A stretch of 64,000 bases of DNA from an uncultured Candidatus Rokubacteria bacterium (GCA_963708025.1 CAVPSB010000018.1:224001-288000), one strand, 5' to 3'; counted from the stretch's first letter, positions 19,618-29,831 are shown. The notes: generated by a model from the letters alone, not told the origin. Made by a program: numbers and translations.

Positions 19618-20555
19618 GCCCCGGCGCGGCCGCGCTCGAACACGGACCAGAGTCCGCCGGGGAGACAGAGGATGATGGCCAGCAGCGCGGCCCCGAGCAG
19701 CATCTGCCAGACCTGGGGGGCGTGCTGCAGGGCCAGGGTCTGGATGAGCCCGAACACGGCGGAGCCGAGGAAGGGCGCCACCACGCTCCCGGTGCCGCTC
19801 AGGATCGCCACGAACACCAGCTCGCCCGAGGTCGTCCAGTAGGCCATCGACGGATCCACGTGTCCGATGGCCAGCGCGGTGAGGGCGCCGCCGGCGCCAG
19901 CCAGCGCGGCGCCGAGCACGTACTGGACGTGGAGCGCCCGGGCGACCGGATAGCCGAGGTACTCGACGCGCACCTCGTTGTCGCGGATCGCGGCGGTAAG
20001 GCGTCCCTGGAGCGTTTGCAGGTACCGGTGGACGCCGAAGCCGGCCCCCAGGGCGGTCGCGGCCGTGAGGGCGTACAGCGCGGTGCGGGTGGCCTCGGCC
20101 GGCAGCCGGTGCCCGAGCCAGGTCGCTCGCTGGATGTTGAAGCCGTCGGTGCTGCCGAGGCTCTCGCTCTTGACCAAGAGACCGTAGAAGAGCATGGAAA
20201 AGGCCAGGCTGAGCATGGCGAAGAAGATCTCGCGGTAGCGGCGCATCAGGAAGCCGAGCAGGCCGGCCAGGAGCGTCGCGGCCGCCGTCCCGAGGAGGAG
20301 CAGAAGCAGCGCGTCGGTCAGCCGCAGCTTCATCCAGGCCAGGCCGACGGCGTAGCCACCCACCGCGAAGAACAGCGCCTGGCCGAACGACACCAGGCCG
20401 GACCGGAACTGGACCATCAGGCCCAGCACGACCAGGCCGCGGGCCAGGGACAGGAGCGCGAGCGACAGCGCCCACGGGGGGAGCGCGAGGGCGGCGGCCG
20501 CCGCCAGGACGGCGGCGCCGGCGGCCAGGGCGGCGGCCGTCCGGCCGGAGGTCAT
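19614..20555 (-). CDS. Branched-chain amino acid ABC permease (LivM-like)
   Basis: GLVSFGQA, IFFAMLSLAF, AIRDNE. Confidence 0.92.
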   Translation of the reverse strand: MTSGRTAAALAAGAAVLAAAAALALPPWALSLALLSLARGLVVLGLMVQFRSGLVSFGQALFFAVGGYAVGLAWMKLRLTDALLLLLLGTAAATLLAGLLGFLMRRYREIFFAMLSLAFSMLFYGLLVKSESLGSTDGFNIQRATWLGHRLPAEATRTALYALTAATALGAGFGVHRYLQTLQGRLTAAIRDNEVRVEYLGYPVARALHVQYVLGAALAGAGGALTALAIGHVDPSMAYWTTSGELVFVAILSGTGSVVAPFLGSAVFGLIQTLALQHAPQVWQMLLGAALLAIILCLPGGLWSVFERGRAGA

Positions 20556-20562
20556 CTGGCCG

Positions 20563-21459
20563 TCAGATCCGGCGGACCTGGAGCCGGCCGAGAAGCCCGT
20601 AGGGCCGGACCAGCAGCACCAGCGTCATGATGAGGTAGATCGCGAACAGCTCCGCCTGCGGCAAGAGGTGGATGGCGGCGGCCCGGCTGAGCCCGATGAG
20701 GACGGACCCGAGGAGGGCGCCGGGAATCGAGCCCATGCCGCCGACGACGATCACGGCGAAGGAGAGCACGATCGTGTCCACGCCGAGCCCCCGGGACACC
20801 GAGATCATCGGCGCCGTGCAGGCCCCCCCCAGCGCCCCCAGCACGGCGCCGATCACGAAGGTGACCCGGAACAGCCGCCGGACGTCGATCCCGCAGGCCT
20901 CGGCCATCTCGCGGTCGGCGATGACCGTCAGGAGGAGCTTGCCCCACACCGTGCGGGTGAGCCCCCACCAGGCAGCCGCCCCGACGGCCAGGGCCAGGCC
21001 GACCAGCGAGATGTCGTAGTTGTTCACGACCAGCGGACCGACTGTCGTGGTGCCGAGCAGGGCGTACGGCTGCGGCGCCGGCCGCGCCTCCACGCCCCAG
21101 ACGAGCTGGATGGCGTCCTCCAGGATCAGAAACGCGGCGTAGGTGGCCAGCACCACCACGACCTCGTCCCGGCCGTAGAGAAACCGCAGCAAGCCCCCCT
21201 CCAGCACGAGCCCCATCACGATTCCGACCAGGAGCGCCGCGCCGAACAGGAGGGCGAACGACGCGAGCGCCGGGTAACCACGCGCGAACCAGGCGCCCAC
21301 CATGGTTGCCGCCGTGTAGGCGCCCAGCGCGTACAGGCTCCCGTGGGCGACGTTCAGCACCCGCATGACGCCGTAGACGAGCGTCATCCCGACCGCGACG
21401 ATCAGGAGCCACGAGGCGTATATGACGCCGTCGGCGACGATGAAGAGGAGGGTCGCCAT
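20563..21459 (-). CDS. Branched-chain amino acid ABC permease (LivH-like)
   Basis: GVMRVLNVAHG, GGMGSIPG, RPYGL. Confidence 0.92.
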   Translation of the reverse strand: MATLLFIVADGVIYASWLLIVAVGMTLVYGVMRVLNVAHGSLYALGAYTAATMVGAWFARGYPALASFALLFGAALLVGIVMGLVLEGGLLRFLYGRDEVVVVLATYAAFLILEDAIQLVWGVEARPAPQPYALLGTTTVGPLVVNNYDISLVGLALAVGAAAWWGLTRTVWGKLLLTVIADREMAEACGIDVRRLFRVTFVIGAVLGALGGACTAPMISVSRGLGVDTIVLSFAVIVVGGMGSIPGALLGSVLIGLSRAAAIHLLPQAELFAIYLIMTLVLLVRPYGLLGRLQVRRI

Positions 21460-21462
21460 CTA

Positions 21463-21518
21463 TCGGGACCTCCCGCCACCTCCCAATCCCCCCGCCCCTC
21501 CCACCGGGGAAGGGGGGC
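21463..21518 (-). repeat. Family C repeat, copy 3 (short)
   Basis: Minus strand ends GGCGGGAGGTCCCGA directly before livH-like ATG. Confidence 0.65.
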
Positions 21519-21551
21519 TAGCAAGACGTCGCGAGATTCCTTGACGGATCG

Positions 21552-22868
21552 TTACTCGCAGCGGGCGCCCTTGAAGCCTCCGGTGATCCAGTCGGCGCTC
21601 TTCGCTCCCTCGGGCGGGAACACGCAGTCGGCGGGGTAGTAGACGACGTCGGTGACCGTCGGCTGGTTCTTGGCGCGGTCGAACTTGTAGATCCCGACCG
21701 CCGACTCGGTGACGCCCTGGTGGCCCTTCGAGCGCGACATCTCCACGGTCGTCCCGAACGCCTCGAACTTGAGCCCCTCCAGCGCCTTCCCGATCTCCTC
21801 GGGCGTCGGCTTGGCGCCGCCCTTGGCCGCCGCGACCTTGTCGGCGGTGGCCTTCAGGGCGAGCAGAGCCTGTCCCATGTGGTAGGCGGTGTAGGGCGGG
21901 GTGATCCCGTGCTTCTTCTCGTAGGTGCCGCGGAACCAGTTCCCGAGCGGCGTCGGCCGGGCGAAGGCGCTGTACGGGCCGCGGTCGGCGATGATGACCC
22001 CGTCGGGCAGCTTGTCGCCCAGCCGGAAGATGCTGCCGGCCCCGGCCGTCATGGCCATCACCATCTGCTGGTGGAGGCCCCGCGGGACCATCTGGAAGAC
22101 GAAGGCCTCGAAGTCGCCCCCGGCGAAGGCCGTGTGGAGGAGCTGGGGCTTCTTGGCCAGCAGGACGGAGATCTCCGAGCCGTACTGGCCGCCGCCGAAC
22201 GTGGTGAACTGCTCGTTGACCGCCTCCACGTCCGGCTTCAAGGCCTGGAGCGACAAGCGGAAGTCGCGCCAGGCGTCCTGCCCGTACGCGGTGTTCCAGT
22301 TCAGCCCGGCGAAGGTCTTCACGTTGGGCATCCGCTTGAGCAGGTAGCGGGCCATCGCCACGCTGTCCGGCGTCAGGTGAGCGGACGTCCGGTACACGTA
22401 CCGGTACTCGCCGTCCTCGAAGATCCGCGGGGTACTGCAGGTCGAGAAGAAAGTGAGCATCTTCAGCTCGTCGGCCACCGGCGCCACCGCGATGCAGTTG
22501 CCGGCCACCAGGTAGCCGATGACGACGTCCACGTCCCTCCGCTCGGCCAGGCCGCGGAACTCGGTGACCTGCTTGCTGGTGGGCGTGGCCTCGTCGATGA
22601 CGACCAGCTCGACCTGGCGGCCGGCCACGCCCTTGCTGCCGTACGGCGCGGGCAGCGTCCCGCCGTTGATCGCCTCGGCGACCATCTCGGCGCCGTGCCG
22701 GGCCGGCACGCCGATGGAGGCGGCGAACGGCCCCGACAGGAGGGTGACGACTCCCACCCGGAACTTCTCCTGGGCCCCGGCCGGTCGGGCGGCCACGCCG
22801 GCCAGGCCGGCAGCGATCAGGAGCGCGGCGGTCGCGAGCCGCCAGTGACGCCGTGGTGTCGTTCGCAT
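21552..22868 (-). CDS. Branched-chain amino acid ABC substrate-binding protein
   Basis: Signal peptide AGAQE, LSGPFA, YRYVYRT; heads the Liv-like operon. Confidence 0.9.
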   Translation of the reverse strand: MRTTPRRHWRLATAALLIAAGLAGVAARPAGAQEKFRVGVVTLLSGPFAASIGVPARHGAEMVAEAINGGTLPAPYGSKGVAGRQVELVVIDEATPTSKQVTEFRGLAERRDVDVVIGYLVAGNCIAVAPVADELKMLTFFSTCSTPRIFEDGEYRYVYRTSAHLTPDSVAMARYLLKRMPNVKTFAGLNWNTAYGQDAWRDFRLSLQALKPDVEAVNEQFTTFGGGQYGSEISVLLAKKPQLLHTAFAGGDFEAFVFQMVPRGLHQQMVMAMTAGAGSIFRLGDKLPDGVIIADRGPYSAFARPTPLGNWFRGTYEKKHGITPPYTAYHMGQALLALKATADKVAAAKGGAKPTPEEIGKALEGLKFEAFGTTVEMSRSKGHQGVTESAVGIYKFDRAKNQPTVTDVVYYPADCVFPPEGAKSADWITGGFKGARCE

Positions 22869-22999
22869 GGCGCAATCCCTCCTCGACGCCCGGGTCGAGT
22901 CGTCGGTGGTTGGTCGAGTCCCGTGGGCCCTCATCTACGCGGGTCCGACTTCGCTGTCAAGGTCGGGTTTCGGCGGTCGGCCTCCGGTGGGCGACGGCG

Positions 23000-24439
23000 T
23001 CATACCACCGGCCGGGCCAGCACCTCCGGCGCGACCTTGCGCCGGACCCAGCGGCCGTCGGACACGCTTCCCTGGAGCTTGCCGTCCTGGACGATCACCT
23101 TGCCCCGCAGGATCGTGGTGATCGGGTACCCGCGGCAGGTGAAGCCCTCCCAGATGCTGTAGTCGGCGTCGGAGTGCAAGTCGCTGAGCGCGAGCGTCTT
23201 CGTCACGTCCGGGTCCAGCACGACCAGGTCGGCGTCGCTCCCCGGCGCGATGACACCTTTCTGCGGGTACAGGCCGAGGATGCGGGCGGCGTTGGTCGCG
23301 GTGATGGCGGCGAAGCGCGGGAGCGACATCTTCCGCTCCACCACGAACTTGGTGAAGGCGACGGGGACGCGCGTCTCGATGCCGTTGTGCCCGCCGCACA
23401 CGGTGTGGATGGTGTTCCCCCAGAGCTTCACATCCTTGTGCACCGTGAAGTCGTCGGTGGCGGTGGTGCAGAGCCGGCCGTCCAGCAACCCCGCGATCAG
23501 CGCGTCGCGGTCCTCGGGGTACTTGAGGGCGGGGTAGGTGTGGACGGCCGTGCCGCCGGGCCGCTTGTAGTCCTCGCAGGTGAACTGGAGGTAGTTGTGC
23601 AGCGCCTCTCCGTACACGGGCTGCCCTTGCTGCCGGGCCTCCGCGATGGCGACCACGCCCTCCTTGGCGGTGGTGTGGACGAAGTAGACGCCGACGCCGG
23701 TGTGCCGGGCCAGCCGGATGATCTTGCGGAAGGCCAGGTCCTCGGAGAGGTTGTTGTGCACCAGGTGGAGGTTCTCCCCGCCGGTCCGGCCCTCGGCGGA
23801 GAGCTTCTCGGTCATGTAACTGACGACGTCGTCCTCCTCGGCGTGCACGGCCATGATCCCGCCGTGCTTGGCCACCTCGGCGAAGACGGCCCACAGGTGA
23901 CCGTAGGGAATGCGCAGCTCCGAGAAGGTGGTGAAGATCTTGAAGCTGGCGATCCCCTCCTGGATCGCCTCCCCGAGCTGGCCGATGGTTCCCGGCGCAA
24001 CCCGGCCGGCCAGCACGTAGTGGAAGGCGAAGTCGGTGTAGCAGTGGCCGCGGAAGACCTCCCGGCGCGTCTCCACCTTCTCCATGATGGACCGGGTGTC
24101 GGGTCGTTCCTGGGGCGTGAGGATCAGGTCGCCGGCGAAGTCGATGACCGTCGTGACCCCGCCGAAGGCGGCCGCCCGGGTGGCGGCCTCCGGGGGCTGC
24201 GACATCATCTCCGGGCGCCCACCCCAGGTCTCGGGGACCGGGATCTGGATGTGCGTGTGGGGCTCGATGCCGCCCGGGAGGACGATCTTGCCCTGCGCGT
24301 CCACGACTCGAGCGGCATCCCGGGGCAGGGTGCCCGGCCACGCTACCGCGACGATCTTCCCGTCCTGGACGCCGACGTCCCGCACGCCGACGTCGTCCGG
24401 GGTGACGACCAGCCCGTTGCGCACCAGCAGGTCCAACAT
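23000..24439 (-). CDS. Dihydropyrimidinase/hydantoinase-like amidohydrolase
   Basis: PGGIEPHTH, FGGVTT, SFKIF, VHAE, TATDD, KGVIAPGSDADL. Confidence 0.9.
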   Translation of the reverse strand: MLDLLVRNGLVVTPDDVGVRDVGVQDGKIVAVAWPGTLPRDAARVVDAQGKIVLPGGIEPHTHIQIPVPETWGGRPEMMSQPPEAATRAAAFGGVTTVIDFAGDLILTPQERPDTRSIMEKVETRREVFRGHCYTDFAFHYVLAGRVAPGTIGQLGEAIQEGIASFKIFTTFSELRIPYGHLWAVFAEVAKHGGIMAVHAEEDDVVSYMTEKLSAEGRTGGENLHLVHNNLSEDLAFRKIIRLARHTGVGVYFVHTTAKEGVVAIAEARQQGQPVYGEALHNYLQFTCEDYKRPGGTAVHTYPALKYPEDRDALIAGLLDGRLCTTATDDFTVHKDVKLWGNTIHTVCGGHNGIETRVPVAFTKFVVERKMSLPRFAAITATNAARILGLYPQKGVIAPGSDADLVVLDPDVTKTLALSDLHSDADYSIWEGFTCRGYPITTILRGKVIVQDGKLQGSVSDGRWVRRKVAPEVLARPVV

Positions 24440-24634
24440 CAGGCACCTCCGCGACGCCGCGGCAAGACGGACGAGGACTTCCGGGCCGCCCCGAGCGTAG
24501 CGAAACCGCGGGGCGGGCGCAACAGGCAGGCCTGGCCGGCCGGCCCGGCCGCATCGCGGCTTGCCCTGCCGGTCCTCGCCGTGCGACAACTGAGGCGGGA
24601 GCCGGAGACCACGGCAGCCAGGAGGGTGAGCGGG

Positions 24635-26956
24635 ATGGCTCGCGAACTGCGCTCGCACACGTCACACTGGGGCGCCTTCCAGGCGGAGGTCGAGGCCGGC
24701 GCGGTCGTCGCCGTACACCCCTGGCCAGGCGATCCCGACCCTTCGCCGCTGCTCGGCAACATCCCCGGCAGCCTGCGCCACCCGGCCCGGATCGCCCGGC
24801 CGATGGTCCGGTCCGGCTGGCTCGACCGCGGCCCCGGCCCCGACGGACGGCGGGGAGCCGAGCCGTTCGTGCCGGTGAGCTGGGCGACGGCGATCGAGCT
24901 CCTGGCGCGCGAGCTGCGGCGCGTCTACCGCGACCACGGGGCGGAGGCCGTCTACGGGGGCTCGTACGGCTGGGCCAGCGCCGGACGCTTCCACCACGCG
25001 CAGAGCCAGCTCCACCGCTTCCTCAACGGCCTGGGCGGCTACGTGCGGTCGATGCACACCTACAGCAACGGGGCGCTGACCGTCATCATGCCGCGGGTGA
25101 TGGGATCCGTCCGTGACTACCTCGATCGCGCCACCGCGTGGTCGGTGATCGAGCGGCATACCGAGCTGTTCGTCTGCTTCGGGGGCCTCCCCCTCAAGAA
25201 CACGATGGTGAGCCCGGGCGGCGCCAGCCGGCACCCGATGCGGGACCACCTGCGCGCGGCGAAGGCTCGGGGGACGGACTTTGTGTTGATCAGCCCTCTC
25301 CGCGACGACGTGCCGGAGTTCGTCGGGGCCGAGTGGCTCCCGGTCGTGCCGGGCTCCGACGTCGCGCTGATGCTGGCCCTGGCCCACACGCTCGTGGACG
25401 AGGGCCTCCACGACCGCGCGTTCCTCGAGCGGTACTGCGTCGGCTTCGACCGCTTCGAGGGGTACCTCCGCGGCGCGGGGGACGGCCAGGCGAAGACCCC
25501 CGAGTGGGCCGAGCGGCTCTCCGGGATCGCCGCCGGCACGATCCGGTCGCTGGCCCGGCGGATGGCCGCCCGGCGGACGCTCGTCAACGTGAACTACTCG
25601 CTCCAGCGCGTCGAGCACGGCGAGCAGGCGCCGTGGATGGCCGTGACGCTCGCGGCGATGCTCGGCCAGATCGGGCTCCCCGGCGGCGGCTTCGGCCAGG
25701 GCTACGGCTCGCTGGGCTACGTGGGGCGGCCGCCGCTCCGCGTCGGTCCGCCGGCCTTGCCCCAGGGACGGAATCCGGTCAACGCGTTCATCCCCGTGGC
25801 CCGGGTGGCCGACATGCTGCTGCATCCCGGCGAGCCGTTCGACTTCGACGGGCAGCGGCTGGTCTATCCCGAGATCCGCCTCGTCTACTGGTGCGGGGGG
25901 AACCCCTTCCACCACCACCAGGACCTCGGGCGCTTCCGCCGCGCCCTCGCCCGGCCGGACACGATCGTCGTCCACGACCCGTTCTGGACGCCGATGGCCC
26001 GGCACGCGGACGTCGTGTTGCCGGCCACGGTGACTCTGGAGCGGAACGACATCGGCGGGTCACCGAACGACCCCGCTCTCGTCGCGATGCACCGGGCGGT
26101 CGAGCCCTACGGCGAAGCCCGCCACGATTACGACATCTTCGCCGACCTCGCCGCCGCGCTCGGGATCGGCGAGGCTTTCACCGAGGGCCGGGACGAGACG
26201 GCGTGGCTCCGGCACCTCTACGACACGTGGCGCGCCCGGGTGGCGGAGCGCGGGGGGCTGCCCGTGCCCGCCTTCGACGAGTTCTGGGCGGCCGGTCTCC
26301 TGGAGGTGCCCGACGTCGACGCCGACCTGGTGGTGCTCTCGGAGTTCCGGGCCGACCCGGACGAGGCGCCGCTCGCCACCCCGAGCGGCCGGATCGAGAT
26401 CTTCTCGGCCACCATCGACGGGTTCGGCTACAAGGACTGCCCCGGCCACCCGAGCTGGCTCGAGCCCACCGAGTGGCTCGGCGCGCCGCTGGCCGAGCGC
26501 TACCCGCTGCACCTCATCGCGAACAACCCGACGACGCGGCTCCACAGCCAGCTCGACGTCGGGGCGTTCAGCCAGGCCGCCAAGGTGCAGGGGCGCGAGC
26601 CGATCCGCATCCACCCGGCCGACGCCGGCCGGCGCGCGATCCGGAGCGGGGACGTCGTGCGCGTGTTCAACGACCGGGGGAGCTGCCTCGCCGGCGCCGT
26701 CGTCACCGACGCGGTGCGCCCGGGCGTGGTGCAGCTCGCCACCGGGGCCTGGTACGACCCGCTCGACCCGGCCGACCCCGACGCGATGTGCGTCCACGGT
26801 AACCCGAACGTGCTCACCTTCGACCGGGGCACCTCGAGCCTCGCCCAGGGGTGCTCGGGCCAGCACGCCCTCGTCCAGGTCGAGCGGTGGACCGGGCCGC
26901 TGCCCCCGATCCGCGCCTACGCGCCGCCGCCGGTGGAGGAGCGCCCGGGCCTGTAG
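24635..26956 (+). CDS. Molybdopterin oxidoreductase, BisC/TorZ (DMSO reductase) family, no Tat signal
   Basis: SHWGAF, GGSYGWASAGRFHHA, TYS Ser ligand, GGNPFHHHQD, RLHSQ, HGNPNVLT. Confidence 0.93.
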   Translation: MARELRSHTSHWGAFQAEVEAGAVVAVHPWPGDPDPSPLLGNIPGSLRHPARIARPMVRSGWLDRGPGPDGRRGAEPFVPVSWATAIELLARELRRVYRDHGAEAVYGGSYGWASAGRFHHAQSQLHRFLNGLGGYVRSMHTYSNGALTVIMPRVMGSVRDYLDRATAWSVIERHTELFVCFGGLPLKNTMVSPGGASRHPMRDHLRAAKARGTDFVLISPLRDDVPEFVGAEWLPVVPGSDVALMLALAHTLVDEGLHDRAFLERYCVGFDRFEGYLRGAGDGQAKTPEWAERLSGIAAGTIRSLARRMAARRTLVNVNYSLQRVEHGEQAPWMAVTLAAMLGQIGLPGGGFGQGYGSLGYVGRPPLRVGPPALPQGRNPVNAFIPVARVADMLLHPGEPFDFDGQRLVYPEIRLVYWCGGNPFHHHQDLGRFRRALARPDTIVVHDPFWTPMARHADVVLPATVTLERNDIGGSPNDPALVAMHRAVEPYGEARHDYDIFADLAAALGIGEAFTEGRDETAWLRHLYDTWRARVAERGGLPVPAFDEFWAAGLLEVPDVDADLVVLSEFRADPDEAPLATPSGRIEIFSATIDGFGYKDCPGHPSWLEPTEWLGAPLAERYPLHLIANNPTTRLHSQLDVGAFSQAAKVQGREPIRIHPADAGRRAIRSGDVVRVFNDRGSCLAGAVVTDAVRPGVVQLATGAWYDPLDPADPDAMCVHGNPNVLTFDRGTSSLAQGCSGQHALVQVERWTGPLPPIRAYAPPPVEERPGL

Positions 26957-27067
26957 CGCCGGGGACCACCCGCCGGCCGACCGAGCGCGCCGAGCCTGCT
27001 GTTGGTTCGGCGACCAGGCCCGTCAGAGGGTGCTGTATTCGCTGTTCAGGGTTGGAAGCGCCCGCGT

Positions 27068-27328
27068 TCACGCCAGTGGCTCGATCTTCCCGGGCGGCTC
27101 GAGCCGGCTCGCCCTTTCCCACGCCTGCAATAGCTCACGCTGATGGAGGGAGGCCCATTCAGTGACCATTCCGAGCGCCCGGCCCGGCAGCCTACCACCG
27201 ATGATCGCCAAGGTGTTCATGTTGATCAGAAGCTCGTACTCGCCGTACTCCGCATGGAAGTGGGGCGGATTGTGGTCGTCGTAGAAGATCTTGATGACGA
27301 TGCCGTAGAAGCGACTAACCTCAGGCAT
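27068..27328 (-). CDS. DUF4160 family putative toxin (HicA-like fold)
   Basis: MPEVSRFYGIVI..DHNPPHFHAEYG..W..LHQRELL..W..KIEPL. Confidence 0.88.
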   Translation of the reverse strand: MPEVSRFYGIVIKIFYDDHNPPHFHAEYGEYELLINMNTLAIIGGRLPGRALGMVTEWASLHQRELLQAWERASRLEPPGKIEPLA

Positions 27329-27605
27329 TCGGGCTCATCGGGCCGGGCCCCACAAACACCTCCTCGGGTCGCTTGCCCGTCAGGCGGAGGTAGATGGCGT
27401 CCGGGCACAGGTCAACGTCGCCTGGCCATTCGATCGCGCCATGCGGGCCAAGCCTGACCTTGGCAAACACGCCTTCGTGGTCCCACACGGAGAAGACTCC
27501 TTTGCCCGCCAAGTGGGACAGGTCTACCTCGCCCTGTGTCCCGTCCTGATAGCGTAGCCAGATTCGATAGGGTCCAAGCGCCCGAACCTCAAGAGGCCGA
27601 ATCAT
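27321..27605 (-). CDS. DUF2442 family putative antitoxin
   Basis: YRIWLRYQDGTQGEVDL..GAIEWPGDVDLCPDAIY. Confidence 0.85.
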   Translation of the reverse strand: MIRPLEVRALGPYRIWLRYQDGTQGEVDLSHLAGKGVFSVWDHEGVFAKVRLGPHGAIEWPGDVDLCPDAIYLRLTGKRPEEVFVGPGPMSPNA

Positions 27606-27794
27606 GTCAACACCGACCTTGTTGTTCTCACTTGACTCGCTTGTTCTCGCGACGAAAGCCCGCCGTGCTTGGGGTGTTAGCCTGATCGTAGACTATCACG
27701 ACGTTAGCGAGGCCCGGTCCCCTGCCTGTGCCTCCGAGTCGCGCCTACGAGCCGCCCGCCGATGGAGCAACGGCCGGTCGTGTAGCGACGGCCG

Positions 27795-29228
27795 TCAGCA
27801 GGCCGGGCGCTCGAGGATGGCCCGGTCGATCTTCCGGGGGACGAGGCGGCCGCCGCGGGCATCTCCGGTGAGGCGGCCGCGCTCGGCGATCACCCGGCCG
27901 CGGAGGACGGTGACGACCGGCCAGCCGGCGACCTCCCAGCCCTCCCACGGGCTGTAGTCGCTGACGTGGAAGTCCTCCCGGGTCAGGATCTTCCGCACCG
28001 ACGGGTCGAGCAGCGCGAGGTCGGCGTCGCTCCCGGGCGCGATCACGCCCTTCCGCGGGTAGAGGCCGAAGATCCGCGCGGCGTTGGTCGCGGTGACCGC
28101 CGCGAAGCGCTCGAGCGACATCCCGCGCTTGACCACGCCCTCGGTGTACCCGATCCCCAGCCGCGCCTCGGCGCCGACGTTGCCGCCCGTCACGTCCTCG
28201 ATGGTCCGGCCGCGCAGCTTGACGGCGAGCGGCGTGGGGTACTCGTCGGTGGCCAGCGTCGAGACGCCGTCCTCGACCAGGCCCCGCCAGAGCGCCTCGC
28301 GGTCCTCGGGCAGCTTGAGCGAGGGGTAGGTGTGGGCGCAGAGCCCGCGCGGGGCCTTGTAGTGCTCGGCGTCGAAGCACGCGTACTGGTGGAGGGTCTC
28401 GGCGTACACGGGCTGGCCCGTCGCCCGCGCCTGGGTGACCTCTGCCACGCCCTCCCGGGCCGAGGTGTGGACGAAGTACAGCCCGGCGCCGGTGGCGCGG
28501 GCGAGCCCGATCGCCCGGCGGAAGGCGAGCTGCTCGGAGAGCTTCGTGTGGACGAGGTGCATGTTCGCCGCGTCCATCCGCCCCTCGGCCCGGAAGCGCT
28601 CGTAGTTGCACTGGACCAGCTCGTCGTCCTCGCCGTGGACGACCATGATCCCGCCGTGACGGGCGACCTGCTCCATGGCCAGCTGGATCCGGCCGAAGTC
28701 GAGCCGGAACGGCGCGCGCTTCGGGTGCGGCGGCAGGACGTCGGTCGTGAACACCTTGAAGCTCGGGAAGCCCTGCTGGATGGCCTCGGGGATCTGGTCG
28801 AAGACGCGGAGCGGGAGCGCGCCGCAGAGGGTGACGTGGAAGGCGTAGTCCACGTGCGAGTTCCCCGCCCAGCGGGCCTGGCGCTGCTCGATCGCCTCGG
28901 CGATCTCCGTCCCCGGCCGCACGAAGCAGAAGTCGATGTGGGTCGTCGTCCCGCCGCACGCCATGCCGACGGTGTCGTCCTCGGGACCGAGGGTCAGGCC
29001 CGGCTCGTCGGGCACCGTGCGGATCGCGTGGGCCAGGTGGGTGTGGGGCTCCACCCCACCCGGCACGACGATCAGGCCCGCCGCGTCCAGGACCCGGGCG
29101 CCCTCGGCCGGCAGCGTGCCGGCGGCAGCGACGGCGGCGATGCGCTCGCCCACGACGCCGACGTCCCACTGCCCGGCGCCCTGCGGCGTGACCACCGTGC
29201 CGCCGCGGATCAGGAGATCCAGCGCCAT
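27795..29228 (-). CDS. Dihydropyrimidinase/hydantoinase-like amidohydrolase (second paralog)
   Basis: PGGVEPHTH, SFKVF, VHGE, LATDE, KGVIAPGSDADL. Confidence 0.9.
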   Translation of the reverse strand: MALDLLIRGGTVVTPQGAGQWDVGVVGERIAAVAAAGTLPAEGARVLDAAGLIVVPGGVEPHTHLAHAIRTVPDEPGLTLGPEDDTVGMACGGTTTHIDFCFVRPGTEIAEAIEQRQARWAGNSHVDYAFHVTLCGALPLRVFDQIPEAIQQGFPSFKVFTTDVLPPHPKRAPFRLDFGRIQLAMEQVARHGGIMVVHGEDDELVQCNYERFRAEGRMDAANMHLVHTKLSEQLAFRRAIGLARATGAGLYFVHTSAREGVAEVTQARATGQPVYAETLHQYACFDAEHYKAPRGLCAHTYPSLKLPEDREALWRGLVEDGVSTLATDEYPTPLAVKLRGRTIEDVTGGNVGAEARLGIGYTEGVVKRGMSLERFAAVTATNAARIFGLYPRKGVIAPGSDADLALLDPSVRKILTREDFHVSDYSPWEGWEVAGWPVVTVLRGRVIAERGRLTGDARGGRLVPRKIDRAILERPAC

Positions 29229-29235
29229 CGTGCCG

Positions 29236-29565
29236 TTACGGTGCGAACATCTCGCCGAGGACGGCCAAGACCCGCTGGGCGGTCGGCTCGTCGATGCGGC
29301 CGAGTCGCTGCCCGAGCCGGCTCTTGTCCACGGTGCGGATCTGATCCAGAACGACCTGGCCTTGCTTTCGCCGAAACCTGATCGGCACCCGGGTGGGATA
29401 GGCCTGGCCACCGGTGGTCATGGGCGCGACGATCACCGTCCCGATCTGGCGGTTCATCTCATCCGGCGACACGACGACACAGGGTCGGGTCTTCCGAATC
29501 TCGTGCCCCTCGGTGGGGTCGAGGCGCATCAGGTGAACTTCGAAGCGGGACGCTACCACGTCCAC
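29236..29565 (-). CDS. mazF: PemK/MazF family toxin
   Basis: LDPTEGHEIRKTRPCVVVSPDEMN, DQIRTVDKSRL. Confidence 0.92.
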   Translation of the reverse strand: MDVVASRFEVHLMRLDPTEGHEIRKTRPCVVVSPDEMNRQIGTVIVAPMTTGGQAYPTRVPIRFRRKQGQVVLDQIRTVDKSRLGQRLGRIDEPTAQRVLAVLGEMFAP

Positions 29566-29807
29566 TCGGTCTCGTCCCACCGAGTCGATGGCAGCGAGTC
29601 TCCATCGAGGAGCACGTCGTCCCCCCGCTGAGCCATCTGCTTGAACGCCTCTTCCCAGCCGCTTCTCGGCTTGGCGGCAGATCGGACGATCAGCTCACCG
29701 CGGCGGACCTCGAGCTCCACCACGCTGCCGAGCCCACACTGCTCCAGGACCGTCTTCGGGATGCGGATACCCCGCGAGTTTCCGATGCGAACCACGCTCG
29801 CTTTCAT
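29553..29807 (-). CDS. mazE: AbrB/MazE family antitoxin
   Basis: VVRIGNSRGIRIPK; overlaps toxin start. Confidence 0.92.
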   Translation of the reverse strand: MKASVVRIGNSRGIRIPKTVLEQCGLGSVVELEVRRGELIVRSAAKPRSGWEEAFKQMAQRGDDVLLDGDSLPSTRWDETEWTW

Positions 29808-29831
29808 GCTCCGTAGGCCCTCTCTTCCGGA

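Noticed and set aside
22853-24634. Long N-terminal extension of the molybdoenzyme (1367-aa ORF)
   Set aside because: Antisense to the amidohydrolase; the family N-terminus begins at 24635 after a GGAGG.
27600-27710. Possible attC-like site (AACACC...GGTGTTAGC) next to the TA pair
   Set aside because: Inner L-box pairing is poor, no second convincing site and no integron integrase in the window.
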